64,000 nucleotides of DNA. Origin: Burkholderiales bacterium. Its GTDB lineage: Bacteria > Pseudomonadota > Gammaproteobacteria > Burkholderiales > JBBRTU01. Each line of letters starts with the position of its first letter. Within the stretch, counting starts at the first letter, position 1. Made by a program: the position numbers and the translations under genes. A model generated the notes under the pieces. That model saw nothing but the letters and a program-made list of their open reading frames with translations. It did not search any database and was not told the DNA's origin. The DNA lies in contig JBBRTU010000001.1 of the NCBI GenBank assembly GCA_038244115.1, positions 150,632-214,631 on the forward strand. Direction: 5' to 3'. This document shows positions 41,230 to 50,778 of the stretch, piece after piece.

Positions 41230-42408
41230 TCAGAACATTCTCATCCTGACCGTACTCTGCGATTGCCCGGCGGCATCTGCTGCAACAGCTTCTTCAATCA
41301 CCACCTGATCACCCGCTTTCAGATTCCCTGACACAATCTCTGTCGCTTTGTTGTCAGTGATCCCGACGCCGATACTGATCGGTTTAAGCTTGCCGTTTTC
41401 CAGTACGTAAACCGTCCCTACAAGGCCTTTCTTCCGCTCCTCCTTGCTCCTGTTTTTCCCGTTCTTTTGCGCGGAATCTGCAGGCTTGAAGCGCAGCGCC
41501 GCGTTTGGCACCAACAGCACATTCTTGCGTTGCGCGACTATGATATTGACGTAGGCTGTCATGCCCGGCTTTAGCGTCTTCTCGGGATTATCTACCGCTA
41601 CCACCACATCGTAGGTCACCACGTTCTGCTGAGTGATGGGATTAATCCGAACCTGCCTGACGCTGCCTTTGAAGGTCTGGTTGGGATAGGCATCCACGGT
41701 GAACCGAACCGGCTGCCCGACTGCGATATTGCCGATATCGGCTTCGGCAAAGTTGGAGTCGATTTGCATCTTGCTCAAATCCTGCGCGATCTTGAACAAG
41801 GTCGGTGTCTGAAAGCTAGCCGCCACGGTCTGCCCCACATCCACTTCCCGTGACACCACCACCCCGGAAACAGGCGAGCGGATTACCGAGTATTCAAGAT
41901 TAGTGCGATCTTTCTGCAACTGGGCGCGCGCCAGCGCAAGCTGCGCACGCGCGGATTTCAGCGCCTGCACCGACTGATCCAACTCCTGTTTGGAGATATA
42001 TTCCAGCTTGAATAAACCGCGCGCCCTGGCCTCGTTGGCTTGCGCGAGATCCAACATTGCCTGTGCGTTGCTGACGTTGGCCTCGCTCTGCCCCGCTACT
42101 GCCTGGAACAGCGAAGGGTCCAGTTCCATCAGCACCTGGCCCTCTTTAACACTGTCGTTAAAATCAACGTGCAACTTCTTCACCGTACCCGATACCTGCG
42201 TGCCCACGCTCACCAGCACGACAGGGTTGAGCGTGCCATTTGCCGACACCGTCTGGGTGACATCTCCTGTTTCCAGCGCCTGGGTCTTATAGCGTTCTTC
42301 CAATGCGGGGCCATGGATTTTTTGCCAGTAGAAATAGCCGCCCACGCCGAGACCAATGAGAGCCACGATCAGGGTCACTTTATTCCAAAGTAATGCGCGT
42401 ATATTCAT
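41230..42408 (-). CDS. macA: Efflux periplasmic adaptor (HlyD/MacA family)
   Basis: 392 aa with an N-terminal TM anchor, coiled-coil hairpin and barrel-sandwich pattern, upstream of the MacB-type genes. Confidence 0.9.
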   Translation of the reverse strand: MNIRALLWNKVTLIVALIGLGVGGYFYWQKIHGPALEERYKTQALETGDVTQTVSANGTLNPVVLVSVGTQVSGTVKKLHVDFNDSVKEGQVLMELDPSLFQAVAGQSEANVSNAQAMLDLAQANEARARGLFKLEYISKQELDQSVQALKSARAQLALARAQLQKDRTNLEYSVIRSPVSGVVVSREVDVGQTVAASFQTPTLFKIAQDLSKMQIDSNFAEADIGNIAVGQPVRFTVDAYPNQTFKGSVRQVRINPITQQNVVTYDVVVAVDNPEKTLKPGMTAYVNIIVAQRKNVLLVPNAALRFKPADSAQKNGKNRSKEERKKGLVGTVYVLENGKLKPISIGVGITDNKATEIVSGNLKAGDQVVIEEAVAADAAGQSQSTVRMRMF

Positions 42409-42429
42409 AAGAGCCAGTGGAGAAAATAG

Positions 42430-43854
42430 TTAAGGAGAGGTGCTTGCCAAGCTTGCAGAAGCAATTGTAGAAAAATCCAGCTTGCCCATCGCCTGTGCAA
42501 GAGAAACCTTGGCAAGGAACCAATTGAATACGGCCTGAATGTTCTGCAAACGGGCGCTGGCCAGCGCAGTCTGCGCGGTCAACACTTCCAGAAAATTGCC
42601 CACGCCTGCCTTGTAGCGGCCCAATGCGATGCGTTCTGACTCGCTCGCGCTGGCCAGCAAATCGGCGCTGCTTTTAACCGCCTGGGTTTCCGTCATCACG
42701 GCCTGGTAGGCCTTCCATACATCCAGCGCCACCTGCTGACTCAGGCGCGCTTGCTGCGCAAGACGCACTTCCATTTGCTCCTGCGCCGCTTGAATCCGAT
42801 AGGTGGTGTTGTAACCCGTGAATAGCGGGAAATTGATCGAAACACCCAGCACAGAACCGTTAGTCGTATCAGACAGCGTGGAATTGACGCGATTAACGCT
42901 AGTGGCCAGCGAAATAGTCGGCATGCCCGATGCCCTGGCTGCGTCCACAGCCGCCTTGGCGGCATTGACCTGTGCCGCTGCTGCGGCCAGCTCCGGGCGT
43001 TGCTTGCGCGCTTCTTCGATTAGCTTGCCGACATCCTGCTCGAAGCGCGCATCCGGCATTTGCGTCGCGGGCGGCGTAATACGCAAGGACAGATTGGCAT
43101 CCAGACCCATGCTGTTTGCCAGGCTGCCTTCGGCGTTGCGCAGGTTGCCCTCGGCCTGGATGGTATTTAATACGGCCTGCGAATAAGCGGTTTGCGCCTG
43201 TAACTTGTCAGCCGGCGTGCCGGTGCCAATGGAATAACGCGCAGTCGCAGAGTGCAAACTTTCCAGCGCGGATTTTTCCGCCGTTTTCGCAGAGGTCACG
43301 GCGGCTTGCGCGGCAAACAATTGATAGTAAGCCTGCACCGCCGCAAGAAATACCGATTGGATGGTCGCATCCTGAGTCGCGTTTGCGGCAGCAAGAATCT
43401 GCTTTGCATTTTCCAGCGCAGCATCACGTTCACCAAAATCATAAAGCAAATAACTCAGCGAGGCAGTGACGCTTTGCTGGTTATAGCTCGCGCCATCTGA
43501 CCGGTTATGTGTCGCGCTTCCTCCGAGATTGATCGACGGCAGATAAGCCGCTTTGCTGATCCCCACCTGCGCCGCCTGATATCGCGCATTCGCCCATGCC
43601 TCGCGCGTTTGCGGGTTGTTGCACAGAGCGCGCTCCACGATATCAGGCAGTGATAGTGCAGATTCGATATTGATGGCATCGAGCTTGCAAGGGGAAGCCA
43701 ACAGCGATTGATGCACGCTAGCCGACTGAGTGGGGGCCACCAGACCCAGTGTCGAAAAAGGATCGCCTGATTCCGCCAGGGCGGAAGAGCAGACAAACAT
43801 CAACCCGGCCAATGAGCACGTTGAAAGGACGATTCGCTGCTTAATTTTTTTCAT
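42430..43854 (-). CDS. TolC-family outer membrane efflux protein
   Basis: 474 aa with a signal peptide and a duplicated alpha-helical/beta-barrel OEP repeat pattern. Confidence 0.9.
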   Translation of the reverse strand: MKKIKQRIVLSTCSLAGLMFVCSSALAESGDPFSTLGLVAPTQSASVHQSLLASPCKLDAINIESALSLPDIVERALCNNPQTREAWANARYQAAQVGISKAAYLPSINLGGSATHNRSDGASYNQQSVTASLSYLLYDFGERDAALENAKQILAAANATQDATIQSVFLAAVQAYYQLFAAQAAVTSAKTAEKSALESLHSATARYSIGTGTPADKLQAQTAYSQAVLNTIQAEGNLRNAEGSLANSMGLDANLSLRITPPATQMPDARFEQDVGKLIEEARKQRPELAAAAAQVNAAKAAVDAARASGMPTISLATSVNRVNSTLSDTTNGSVLGVSINFPLFTGYNTTYRIQAAQEQMEVRLAQQARLSQQVALDVWKAYQAVMTETQAVKSSADLLASASESERIALGRYKAGVGNFLEVLTAQTALASARLQNIQAVFNWFLAKVSLAQAMGKLDFSTIASASLASTSP

Positions 43855-43999
43855 CGGTGCAAATAAGGTGTGATGCTAATCAAGATAAGCAAGGTCAAGG
43901 CGACCGCACCGTACTCGCCAATAGCTGCTTAATCCGGCGGTGCCTGAATTCTCCTTCTGATGCTCCCTAGAAATGTCTACATTTTGCGATCAACCATTG

Positions 44000-45199
44000 C
44001 TAATAAGCGGTCAGATTTGCGCCGACCGAGCCTACGCTGGCATAACCATGATTGCCATGTGCAATAGCATACAAATTATTAGCATTGCTCGGTGTTACCG
44101 AGGTAGGCGCGATCCAGGTAATTCCATCGGTGCTGGTGAAAATACCACCCGTGTCGCCGACAGCCACAAATTGCGTGCCATACGTAACCGCGTTGATAGC
44201 CGGATTCGATTGAATAGCGGCTTGTTGCGTCCAGGTAATTCCATCTGCGCTGGTTAGCAGCGTGCCATTACCCCCTGTTGCCACAAAAACACCAACGCTG
44301 GGCGTAACGGAAGTGTTCAGACCGTAGGTCACGCCTTTCAGCGCGTAGGTTATAACGGGTGAGGTCGCCGCCTGCCACGTAACGGCGTCCGCACTAGTTA
44401 AAATAGTGCCGCTAGCGCCGACCGCCACATACCTGCTATTTCCGTATGTGACGGCATACAAGGCATTCGACGTGCCGGAAGTTGGCACTGTCCAACTGGC
44501 TCCGCCACTGCTAGTCAAGATCGTCCCATTATCGCCCACTGCCAGATAAAAAGCGCCATTAGAACCAAGGCCATTCAGGTTGTTCGCAGTACCACTGGTT
44601 TCACTGGTCCAGGTGATTGCATCAGCACTCAGAAGTATGACGCCACCCGCGCCAGCAGCAAGGTAGCTACCACCATACACGGCGGCATTTAGATTGGCAC
44701 TGACGCCGCTGGTTTGGGATGTCCATGTTTTCCCGTCAGGACTCGTCTGGATTACGCCACTGTCACCGACTGCGGCAAAGAGCGTCCCGTAAGTCGCGCC
44801 GCGCAAAGTTGCGCCTAACGCAGTCCCCGAATTCCAAGTTGCGCCGGCCAGGCGCGGCGTTGCCGAAATCGATGGACTGGCAGATCCTGCCGGCCCGCCG
44901 TTAGTTCTCCCGTCCATGGTGAAGGTGTATGTTGTGTCATTGGTCAGACCGGTCAACACGTAAGGTGATGAAACAGAAATGACGGAGGATGTGCCAGTCG
45001 TCCATCTGGAGACACTGTTCCCAACCACGTAGTACAAAAAATAATCCACACTGGGCGCCGTCGTCCATGAAACTGTGACAACGCCATCGCCGGGAACCAC
45101 GGTGACATCAGTAGGAGGCGGCGCGGAGGAGCCCTCGTTGCAGCTTGCCAATATTAGTGCCGTGCTGATTGCCAGCATGTTCGCAAAGAGGGGTTTCAT
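44000..45199 (-). CDS. Lipoprotein with FN3-like domain and Ycf48/BNR-like beta-propeller repeats
   Basis: 399 aa with lipobox LILASC, an FN3-like stretch (VTVSWTTAP...TGLTNDTTYTF) and six or more repeats of G-x-I-L-T-S-x-D-G-x-T-W. Confidence 0.7.
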   Translation of the reverse strand: MKPLFANMLAISTALILASCNEGSSAPPPTDVTVVPGDGVVTVSWTTAPSVDYFLYYVVGNSVSRWTTGTSSVISVSSPYVLTGLTNDTTYTFTMDGRTNGGPAGSASPSISATPRLAGATWNSGTALGATLRGATYGTLFAAVGDSGVIQTSPDGKTWTSQTSGVSANLNAAVYGGSYLAAGAGGVILLSADAITWTSETSGTANNLNGLGSNGAFYLAVGDNGTILTSSGGASWTVPTSGTSNALYAVTYGNSRYVAVGASGTILTSADAVTWQAATSPVITYALKGVTYGLNTSVTPSVGVFVATGGNGTLLTSADGITWTQQAAIQSNPAINAVTYGTQFVAVGDTGGIFTSTDGITWIAPTSVTPSNANNLYAIAHGNHGYASVGSVGANLTAY

Positions 45200-45370
45200 T
45201 TTGGTCCCGTTACAATTAATTTCGTTCAGTGGTTATGTGAGCCTGCCGACTGCGGCAAAGATGTTTAGCGTCCGCGCAAGACAACAATAATACTACGATG
45301 CTGGATTGTCATGTGCCCAACGCGAATGGCAACTTGCCACACTGGACACATGACGGTGTTATCACGGTGG

Positions 45371-46063
45371 TCAAGCCTGTGACTGGACTATATTCCCCGA
45401 GGGCTGTGGTGCCGAACCGCCAAGATCATTCACCAGTGATTGCACGAAAGATTGCAGGGTAGGCGGGGTAGAACCGCTAGCGGAGGAGTTTCCCACGGCC
45501 TGCAACAGATTCTGAAAACTGGCGTCAAGCGAGGAAGCCGCGGAATTGCCGGCAGTGTTGCCTGAGGCGAGGGATTGCAAAAGCTGTTGCGCGTCGGCAG
45601 CGAATTGCTGAGACCCGTCATGATGGCGGTGGTGAACCGCGCCTGTCGATCCTGCTTTGCTAGCATCATTGTCGCCGTCACTATCACCTCCACCGGACTG
45701 GCTTTGGTTTGTGTTCTGGGCTGCACCAGATTGGTTCAGCGCCTGGAACAGGGAATGCATAAACGCATGCAGCGCATCTTGTACGGGATTGCCAGCGCCT
45801 GGTTGCGTGCTGTTGTTGCTATCCTGACCGGGCGTTGTATTACCGCCCGCGGCAGCACCGCTTGTACCAGGCAAGTTAATGCCGGCCTGGCTCAATGCCT
45901 GAAAAATGGCACTGGCAAATTGCCCACGCCCGCTGCCGCGCACACCCGAACTGCCGTCGTTGTCGCCGTCCGCATCCTGGCCAGATGACACGCCCGAACT
46001 TGAACTTTGCCCAGAAACCTGGGGGATAGATGGCAACGAGTTAAGCGAAGAAATACTACTCAT
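45371..46063 (-). CDS. Low-complexity S/G/Q/N-rich protein with duplicated D-x-DGDND and FQAL motifs
   Basis: 230 aa with no signal peptide. QDADGDNDGS and GDSDGDNDAS are each followed by amphipathic F-x-x-x-FQAL-x-Q-x-G segments. No family recognised. Confidence 0.5.
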   Translation of the reverse strand: MSSISSLNSLPSIPQVSGQSSSSGVSSGQDADGDNDGSSGVRGSGRGQFASAIFQALSQAGINLPGTSGAAAGGNTTPGQDSNNSTQPGAGNPVQDALHAFMHSLFQALNQSGAAQNTNQSQSGGGDSDGDNDASKAGSTGAVHHRHHDGSQQFAADAQQLLQSLASGNTAGNSAASSLDASFQNLLQAVGNSSASGSTPPTLQSFVQSLVNDLGGSAPQPSGNIVQSQA

Positions 46064-46166
46064 GGCGTTTACTCCTTCTTAAATAATTGAAGATTTTTGA
46101 GGTGTGGTTCTGTGCTGACTATCGGCACATGCTAGCGCAAAGTTGATACGATTCCCGTACAAAAAT

Positions 46167-46177
46167 TGTTACTAAAT
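46167..46177 (+). promoter_or_regulatory. TGTTACTAAAT motif copy 1
   Basis: Exact 11-mer in the gap between the histidine kinase stop and the start of the 230-aa gene. Confidence 0.45.
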
Positions 46178-46187
46178 ATGACTACGA

Positions 46188-47486
46188 TTAAAGCGTGGTC
46201 TTGTCTGGAAGCGCCGGAACCGGCAACCGGATCGTGGCGCTAAACCCGCCACCCTCACGGTTTTGCAGTTCTAGTGAACCCCGATGTGCTTCCACAATTT
46301 TGGCAACAATACCCAGACCCAAACCACAATGCCCCTTGCCACCACGTGCGCCATCCAGGCGGGAAAATGGGCGCAGGGCACGCGAAATCTGATCTTGTGG
46401 AATCCCGGCACCGGCGTCTTCAACCGCAAGCACGACCCATCCATCGCTTTTTGAGAGACGGATAATCACCGGAGGCGCACCGTATTCCAGGGCATTTTCG
46501 ATCAGGTTGACCAGAGCACGCCGCAAAGAATTGGCGCGCAGTGGAATGACTAAATCCGGCTGTTCACTGATGATGGAAACGCCCTGGCTGATATAAGGGG
46601 CGGCCACCTCTTCGACAAACAGGGGCAGATCGCGCTGTTCGATGGCCTCATCATCATTGCCGCGGGCATACACCAGAAACTGCTCGGTGATACGCTCGAT
46701 GTCGTCGAGATTTTTTTGCATATCCTCGCTGCGTGAATTTTGTGCCAGTTCCATCAGCAGGCGTAATCGCGTGATCGGTGTGCGCAGGTCGTGCGCCACC
46801 CCTGCCAGCATAGTGGTGCGATCTTCCTCATAACGCTGCAGGCGTTCCACCATGTCGTTGTAGCGATGTGAAAGGAGACGGATTTCACCGGTACCGCTGA
46901 CCGGCAGCAAGGTCAGTTCACGAGATTCGCCAACCGATTCCAGCGCCTTGCCCAGTCGCTTCAGCGGGCGCTGAATTTGCCACAACAGCAGCATGCCGCC
47001 GCCCAGAAATATCGCGAACCCAACCATCAAGGCGGGCAGCAAGGGGCCACCTGCGTGAGACTCGGGTTTGCGTATGGAGAAAAACATCCATTGAGGTTGA
47101 TCTGGAGGCGCATCTAAATCGACCCACATTCCTGGTGTCTCGCCGCCAGACGGAATCACCTCGACTGTGCGGCTGAATTCCTTATTCAACTGCGCATGCA
47201 GAAATACCATGCGGTGAGCGATTTCCGGGTCGGGTGCTGGCAGTCCTGTAGGGGGCACTTTGGCTAGTTTAATCCCCTTCAAATTTGGTAGTGAAGTGGC
47301 AGAGCCGCTGTGCAGCAACTCTTCGACCAGGCGCACCTGGGTGGCGATGGAGCGCGCAAAATTACTGTTTCTCGATTCTTCCAAATGCTTGAGAAATATA
47401 AAATACATAGTGGCATAACTTGCCCCCAAGGCGATAAGGAAGACCAGAACAAGTCGAATATACAGAGAACTGAAGAATTGCTTCAT
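46188..47486 (-). CDS. EnvZ/CpxA-like sensor histidine kinase
   Basis: 432 aa with two TM helices, HAMP, an H-box (LAGVAHDLRTPITR) and HATPase N/G boxes. Confidence 0.92.
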   Translation of the reverse strand: MKQFFSSLYIRLVLVFLIALGASYATMYFIFLKHLEESRNSNFARSIATQVRLVEELLHSGSATSLPNLKGIKLAKVPPTGLPAPDPEIAHRMVFLHAQLNKEFSRTVEVIPSGGETPGMWVDLDAPPDQPQWMFFSIRKPESHAGGPLLPALMVGFAIFLGGGMLLLWQIQRPLKRLGKALESVGESRELTLLPVSGTGEIRLLSHRYNDMVERLQRYEEDRTTMLAGVAHDLRTPITRLRLLMELAQNSRSEDMQKNLDDIERITEQFLVYARGNDDEAIEQRDLPLFVEEVAAPYISQGVSIISEQPDLVIPLRANSLRRALVNLIENALEYGAPPVIIRLSKSDGWVVLAVEDAGAGIPQDQISRALRPFSRLDGARGGKGHCGLGLGIVAKIVEAHRGSLELQNREGGGFSATIRLPVPALPDKTTL

Positions 47487-48208
47487 GCCGTATCCCCACT
47501 ATCTTCTGGGACAAACACATAGCCAAACCCCCACACCGTTTGAATATGACGGGGTTTGGCGGGGTCTTGTTCGATCAGTTTGCGTAGCCGGGATATCTGT
47601 ACGTCGACGCTGCGCTCGATAGTGTCCGAACCGGGTCCACGAGCGAGTTCGATCAGTCGTTCGCGCGACAACGGTTGGTGCGGATGCTTGGAAAACGCGG
47701 CCAGCAAGGCAAATTCTCCGCCGGTAATTTCAGCTTTACTCTCCCCTTTGAAAAGGGTGCGGGTTGAGAGATCAAGTTTGCACTGGCCAAATACAATGGT
47801 ATTGCCAGCGGCAATGGGTGTGCCCGGCGGCAGCGGGGTGCGGCGGCGCAGCACGGCCTGTATCCGGGCGGTAAGTTCGCGCGGCAGGAACGGTTTACCC
47901 AGATAATCATCTGCCCCCAATTCGATGCCAATAACGCGATCGACCGGATCGGTCTTGGCGGTGAGCATGATGATGGGAATATCGTCGCCGCTTGCGCGCA
48001 GGCGGCGACAGATGTCGAGACCATTCTCGTCCGGCATCATCAGGTCGAGGACTAGAAGATCTGGTCGCTCGCGCGCCAGCAGGCGCTCTAGATCACGCCC
48101 ACCCGACAGCGTGCGTACGGAAAACTCATGCAGGGTCAAGTATTCCTCCAGCAGTTTTCGCATTTCGGGGTCATCGTCGATGACCCAAATCAGGGGTTGT
48201 CTACTCAT
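47483..48208 (-). CDS. OmpR-family response regulator
   Basis: 241 aa with a receiver domain (VIDDD...DLLVLDLMMP) plus a winged-helix trans_reg_C (IQTVWGFGYVF). Confidence 0.95.
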   Translation of the reverse strand: MSRQPLIWVIDDDPEMRKLLEEYLTLHEFSVRTLSGGRDLERLLARERPDLLVLDLMMPDENGLDICRRLRASGDDIPIIMLTAKTDPVDRVIGIELGADDYLGKPFLPRELTARIQAVLRRRTPLPPGTPIAAGNTIVFGQCKLDLSTRTLFKGESKAEITGGEFALLAAFSKHPHQPLSRERLIELARGPGSDTIERSVDVQISRLRKLIEQDPAKPRHIQTVWGFGYVFVPEDSGDTA

Positions 48209-48252
48209 GGCGAGAGTGTAATTCGATGTCCGGCAGAAAAAATATTGTCAAG

Positions 48253-48263
48253 TGTTACTAAAT
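48253..48263 (+). promoter_or_regulatory. TGTTACTAAAT motif copy 2
   Basis: Exact 11-mer, 45 nt upstream of the response regulator start, in the divergent gap with bepA. Confidence 0.45.
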
Positions 48264-48506
48264 GTTTCAGGAAGCAGGTTCAGTCACATTTTGTCGGAAT
48301 TCTGTTCACCTCATTAATCCCTGGTTAACAGCTTATGCCTATGATGGTCTCAAGCCTGCGCGCTTTGACGTGCAGCACACAAATTAAACCTGCTGGAGAC
48401 TATTTTGAAGATTTACTTATTTGCTGTCGCGCTATTGTTGCTAAACCAGGCACGCTGGAAATTCGTGAAGGTGCATAAAATTGTCACCGTCGAATAAGAC
48501 ACCACA

Positions 48507-49991
48507 ATGATGTCTCTCCGCAAAATTTTCACGTTGCTTGCAGTCATGGTGCATGCCGTGAGCGCCATAGCTGCACCGCTTGCATTGCCGGAGCTGGGCG
48601 ACGCGTCCCAAGCTGTGCTGTCGCCTCAGGCAGAACAGGCGATGGGCGAAATAGCAATGCATAATTTACGCGCTTCCGGCGCTTATTTTAATGATCCGGA
48701 AGTGAATGCTTATCTGAATAACTTGGGCTATCGGCTGGTTTCCTCAGATTCTACCATCAGCAGCCATTTCGAATTCTTTGCGGTGGATGATCCAGCAATC
48801 AATGCCTTCGCAATGCCCGGCGGCTATATCGGCGTCAACACGGGACTTGTTCTGGCGACGCAGAACGAAAGCCAGCTGGCCTCGGTGCTGGCCCATGAAA
48901 TTTCTCACGTCACCCAGCACCATATCGCGCGCGCTATCGCTGCACAATCAGGTTCGCAACTCGCAACAATCGCCACTGTTGCGGCCGCTATCCTGGCCGC
49001 CAAGAGCGGCAATTCGCAAGCATTGCCAGCAGCCATGACGAGCATTACCGCAGCGCAAATACAGGGACAGATTAATTTCACGCGCGAGAATGAACTGGAA
49101 GCCGACCGGATGGGTTTCCAGTTGCTCGACAAAGCTGGCTTTGATACCCGCGCCATGGCGGAGTTTTTTGAGCAGATGGGGAAACTCACGCACACTAGCG
49201 AGACCAATACGCCAGCCTACTTGCGCTCGCATCCGCTTACCCCGCAACGTATTGCCGAGGCGCAGGATCGCGCTTATGGCAAGCCTTACCGGCAGATTGC
49301 AACGTCACTCGACTACAGTCTTGTACATGCCTTGTTGCGCAGCTACGAAGGCACGGCGGAGGAAGCGATTGCAGCGGCCGGCGCCAATTTGAAGGAGGGG
49401 CGTTTCAACAACCATAGCGCTGCCGTGTACGGTTATGCTGCCGCCCTGTTGCGCGGCAAGGAATACACGCAAGCGATGACAGAGATCACTATGCTCGACC
49501 GTGAAGGTGCGCGCCATCCCATGATTGAGGCGCTTGCCGGGCAGGCATTACAGCAGTCCGGGCAACTGCAAGCAGCACGGCAGCGCTACGAATCGGCGCT
49601 ATCCCGCTATCCCGGACATATGCAATTGGTCTACGACTACCCGCGCACGTTGATGCTGGACGGACAAAATGCGCTGGCGGCGCATTTCGCCGAAACTCAA
49701 CTCGAAACGCATCATGGCAACGCCACGCTACACCAGCTCGCAGCTGAGGCCTACGGCGTACTCGGCAAGAATACTAAACTACATTTTCATCAAGGCGAGT
49801 ATTACACCTCCCTGGGAAATTTACACGGTGCAAGCGAGCAGTTCGATTTGGCGGTGCGCGTCAACGATGGCAGCTATCAGGATTTACTGGTAGCAGAAAA
49901 TCGTTTGCGCGAATTGCGCAGCCAGTTGCACGAACCTGCTCAAGCAGGCAATGCGCAAAGAAAAAAACCGCAGCCGCCGCTTGGGACGTAA
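48507..49991 (+). CDS. bepA: M48 metalloprotease with TPR domain (BepA/YfgC-like)
   Basis: 494 aa with a signal peptide, HEISHV zinc motif and C-terminal TPR-like repeats. Confidence 0.88.
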   Translation: MMSLRKIFTLLAVMVHAVSAIAAPLALPELGDASQAVLSPQAEQAMGEIAMHNLRASGAYFNDPEVNAYLNNLGYRLVSSDSTISSHFEFFAVDDPAINAFAMPGGYIGVNTGLVLATQNESQLASVLAHEISHVTQHHIARAIAAQSGSQLATIATVAAAILAAKSGNSQALPAAMTSITAAQIQGQINFTRENELEADRMGFQLLDKAGFDTRAMAEFFEQMGKLTHTSETNTPAYLRSHPLTPQRIAEAQDRAYGKPYRQIATSLDYSLVHALLRSYEGTAEEAIAAAGANLKEGRFNNHSAAVYGYAAALLRGKEYTQAMTEITMLDREGARHPMIEALAGQALQQSGQLQAARQRYESALSRYPGHMQLVYDYPRTLMLDGQNALAAHFAETQLETHHGNATLHQLAAEAYGVLGKNTKLHFHQGEYYTSLGNLHGASEQFDLAVRVNDGSYQDLLVAENRLRELRSQLHEPAQAGNAQRKKPQPPLGT

Positions 49992-50009
49992 TGGCATCGA
50001 TAAGGAAAA

Positions 50010-50044
50010 TGTAACTAAATATTACCCCAAGTAATTTAGTAACA
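50010..50044. promoter_or_regulatory. Inverted pair of the TGT(T/A)ACTAAAT motif
   Basis: TGTAACTAAAT-N13-ATTTAGTAACA, about 120 nt upstream of the CpxP/Spy-like gene. Confidence 0.45.
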
Positions 50045-50165
50045 AATGGTAGGAATTTTATCGGATTAATGAACATTCTAGTAATAGCTTAGTCCTATCA
50101 TTTGCATGCACCACCAATGTTTTTTTCCTACAACTGCAACACCCATTTATTTAGAGGTAGTCACC

Positions 50166-50720
50166 ATGAAAACGTTTACCCGAACTCTCATCGCAGCTTT
50201 ATTTATGTCCGCATCTTGCGCGCTGTTGAGCGCAACACCTGTGTATGCCAATGAGCATGGAGAACACGAAGGTTACTCCAAAGAATTCTGTGCCCAGGAT
50301 CATCAGGCATGGGAAAAGAAACGTATCGACAAGGAGGCAGCGATGCTTGAAATCAAGGCTTCGCAGGAGACTGCATGGGAAGCCTATGCTGCAGCCAAGC
50401 TAGATCTTGCCGCTTCTTTTGGCACCATGATGAAGCCAGCGGCAGCAGAGGAGCTTGATGCCGCCGCGACCGCACGTAAGCGCGCCGAGCATGCCGCAGA
50501 AATTGCCCAGAAACTTGCCAAGGTTGCCGATGCCACCGACAAGCTACAGGCAGTCCTATCGGAGGATCAACGCAAGGTGCTTAACCGGATATCCCAACAC
50601 CATGAATTTCATCACCACGGCTTTGGTCACCATGAAGAACATGGCGGCGCGCAGCATCAGCCAAAGAAAACTGCAAAGCCCGTAGCCAAAGCGGTGTCGG
50701 AGAAAGCTAAACAACAGTAA
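50166..50720 (+). CDS. Periplasmic CpxP/Spy-like His-rich helical protein
   Basis: Start moved to MKTFTRTLIAALFMSASCALLSATPVYA (signal peptide; GAGG upstream). It has an LSEDQRKVL (LTxxQ-like) motif and an HHEFHHHGFGHHEEHG tail. Confidence 0.6.
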   Translation: MKTFTRTLIAALFMSASCALLSATPVYANEHGEHEGYSKEFCAQDHQAWEKKRIDKEAAMLEIKASQETAWEAYAAAKLDLAASFGTMMKPAAAEELDAAATARKRAEHAAEIAQKLAKVADATDKLQAVLSEDQRKVLNRISQHHEFHHHGFGHHEEHGGAQHQPKKTAKPVAKAVSEKAKQQ

Positions 50721-50778
50721 TAATCTGGAAAGCCAGCTACTGAAAATTTTAATTATTCTGCCCGCGTTAACTGGCCTG

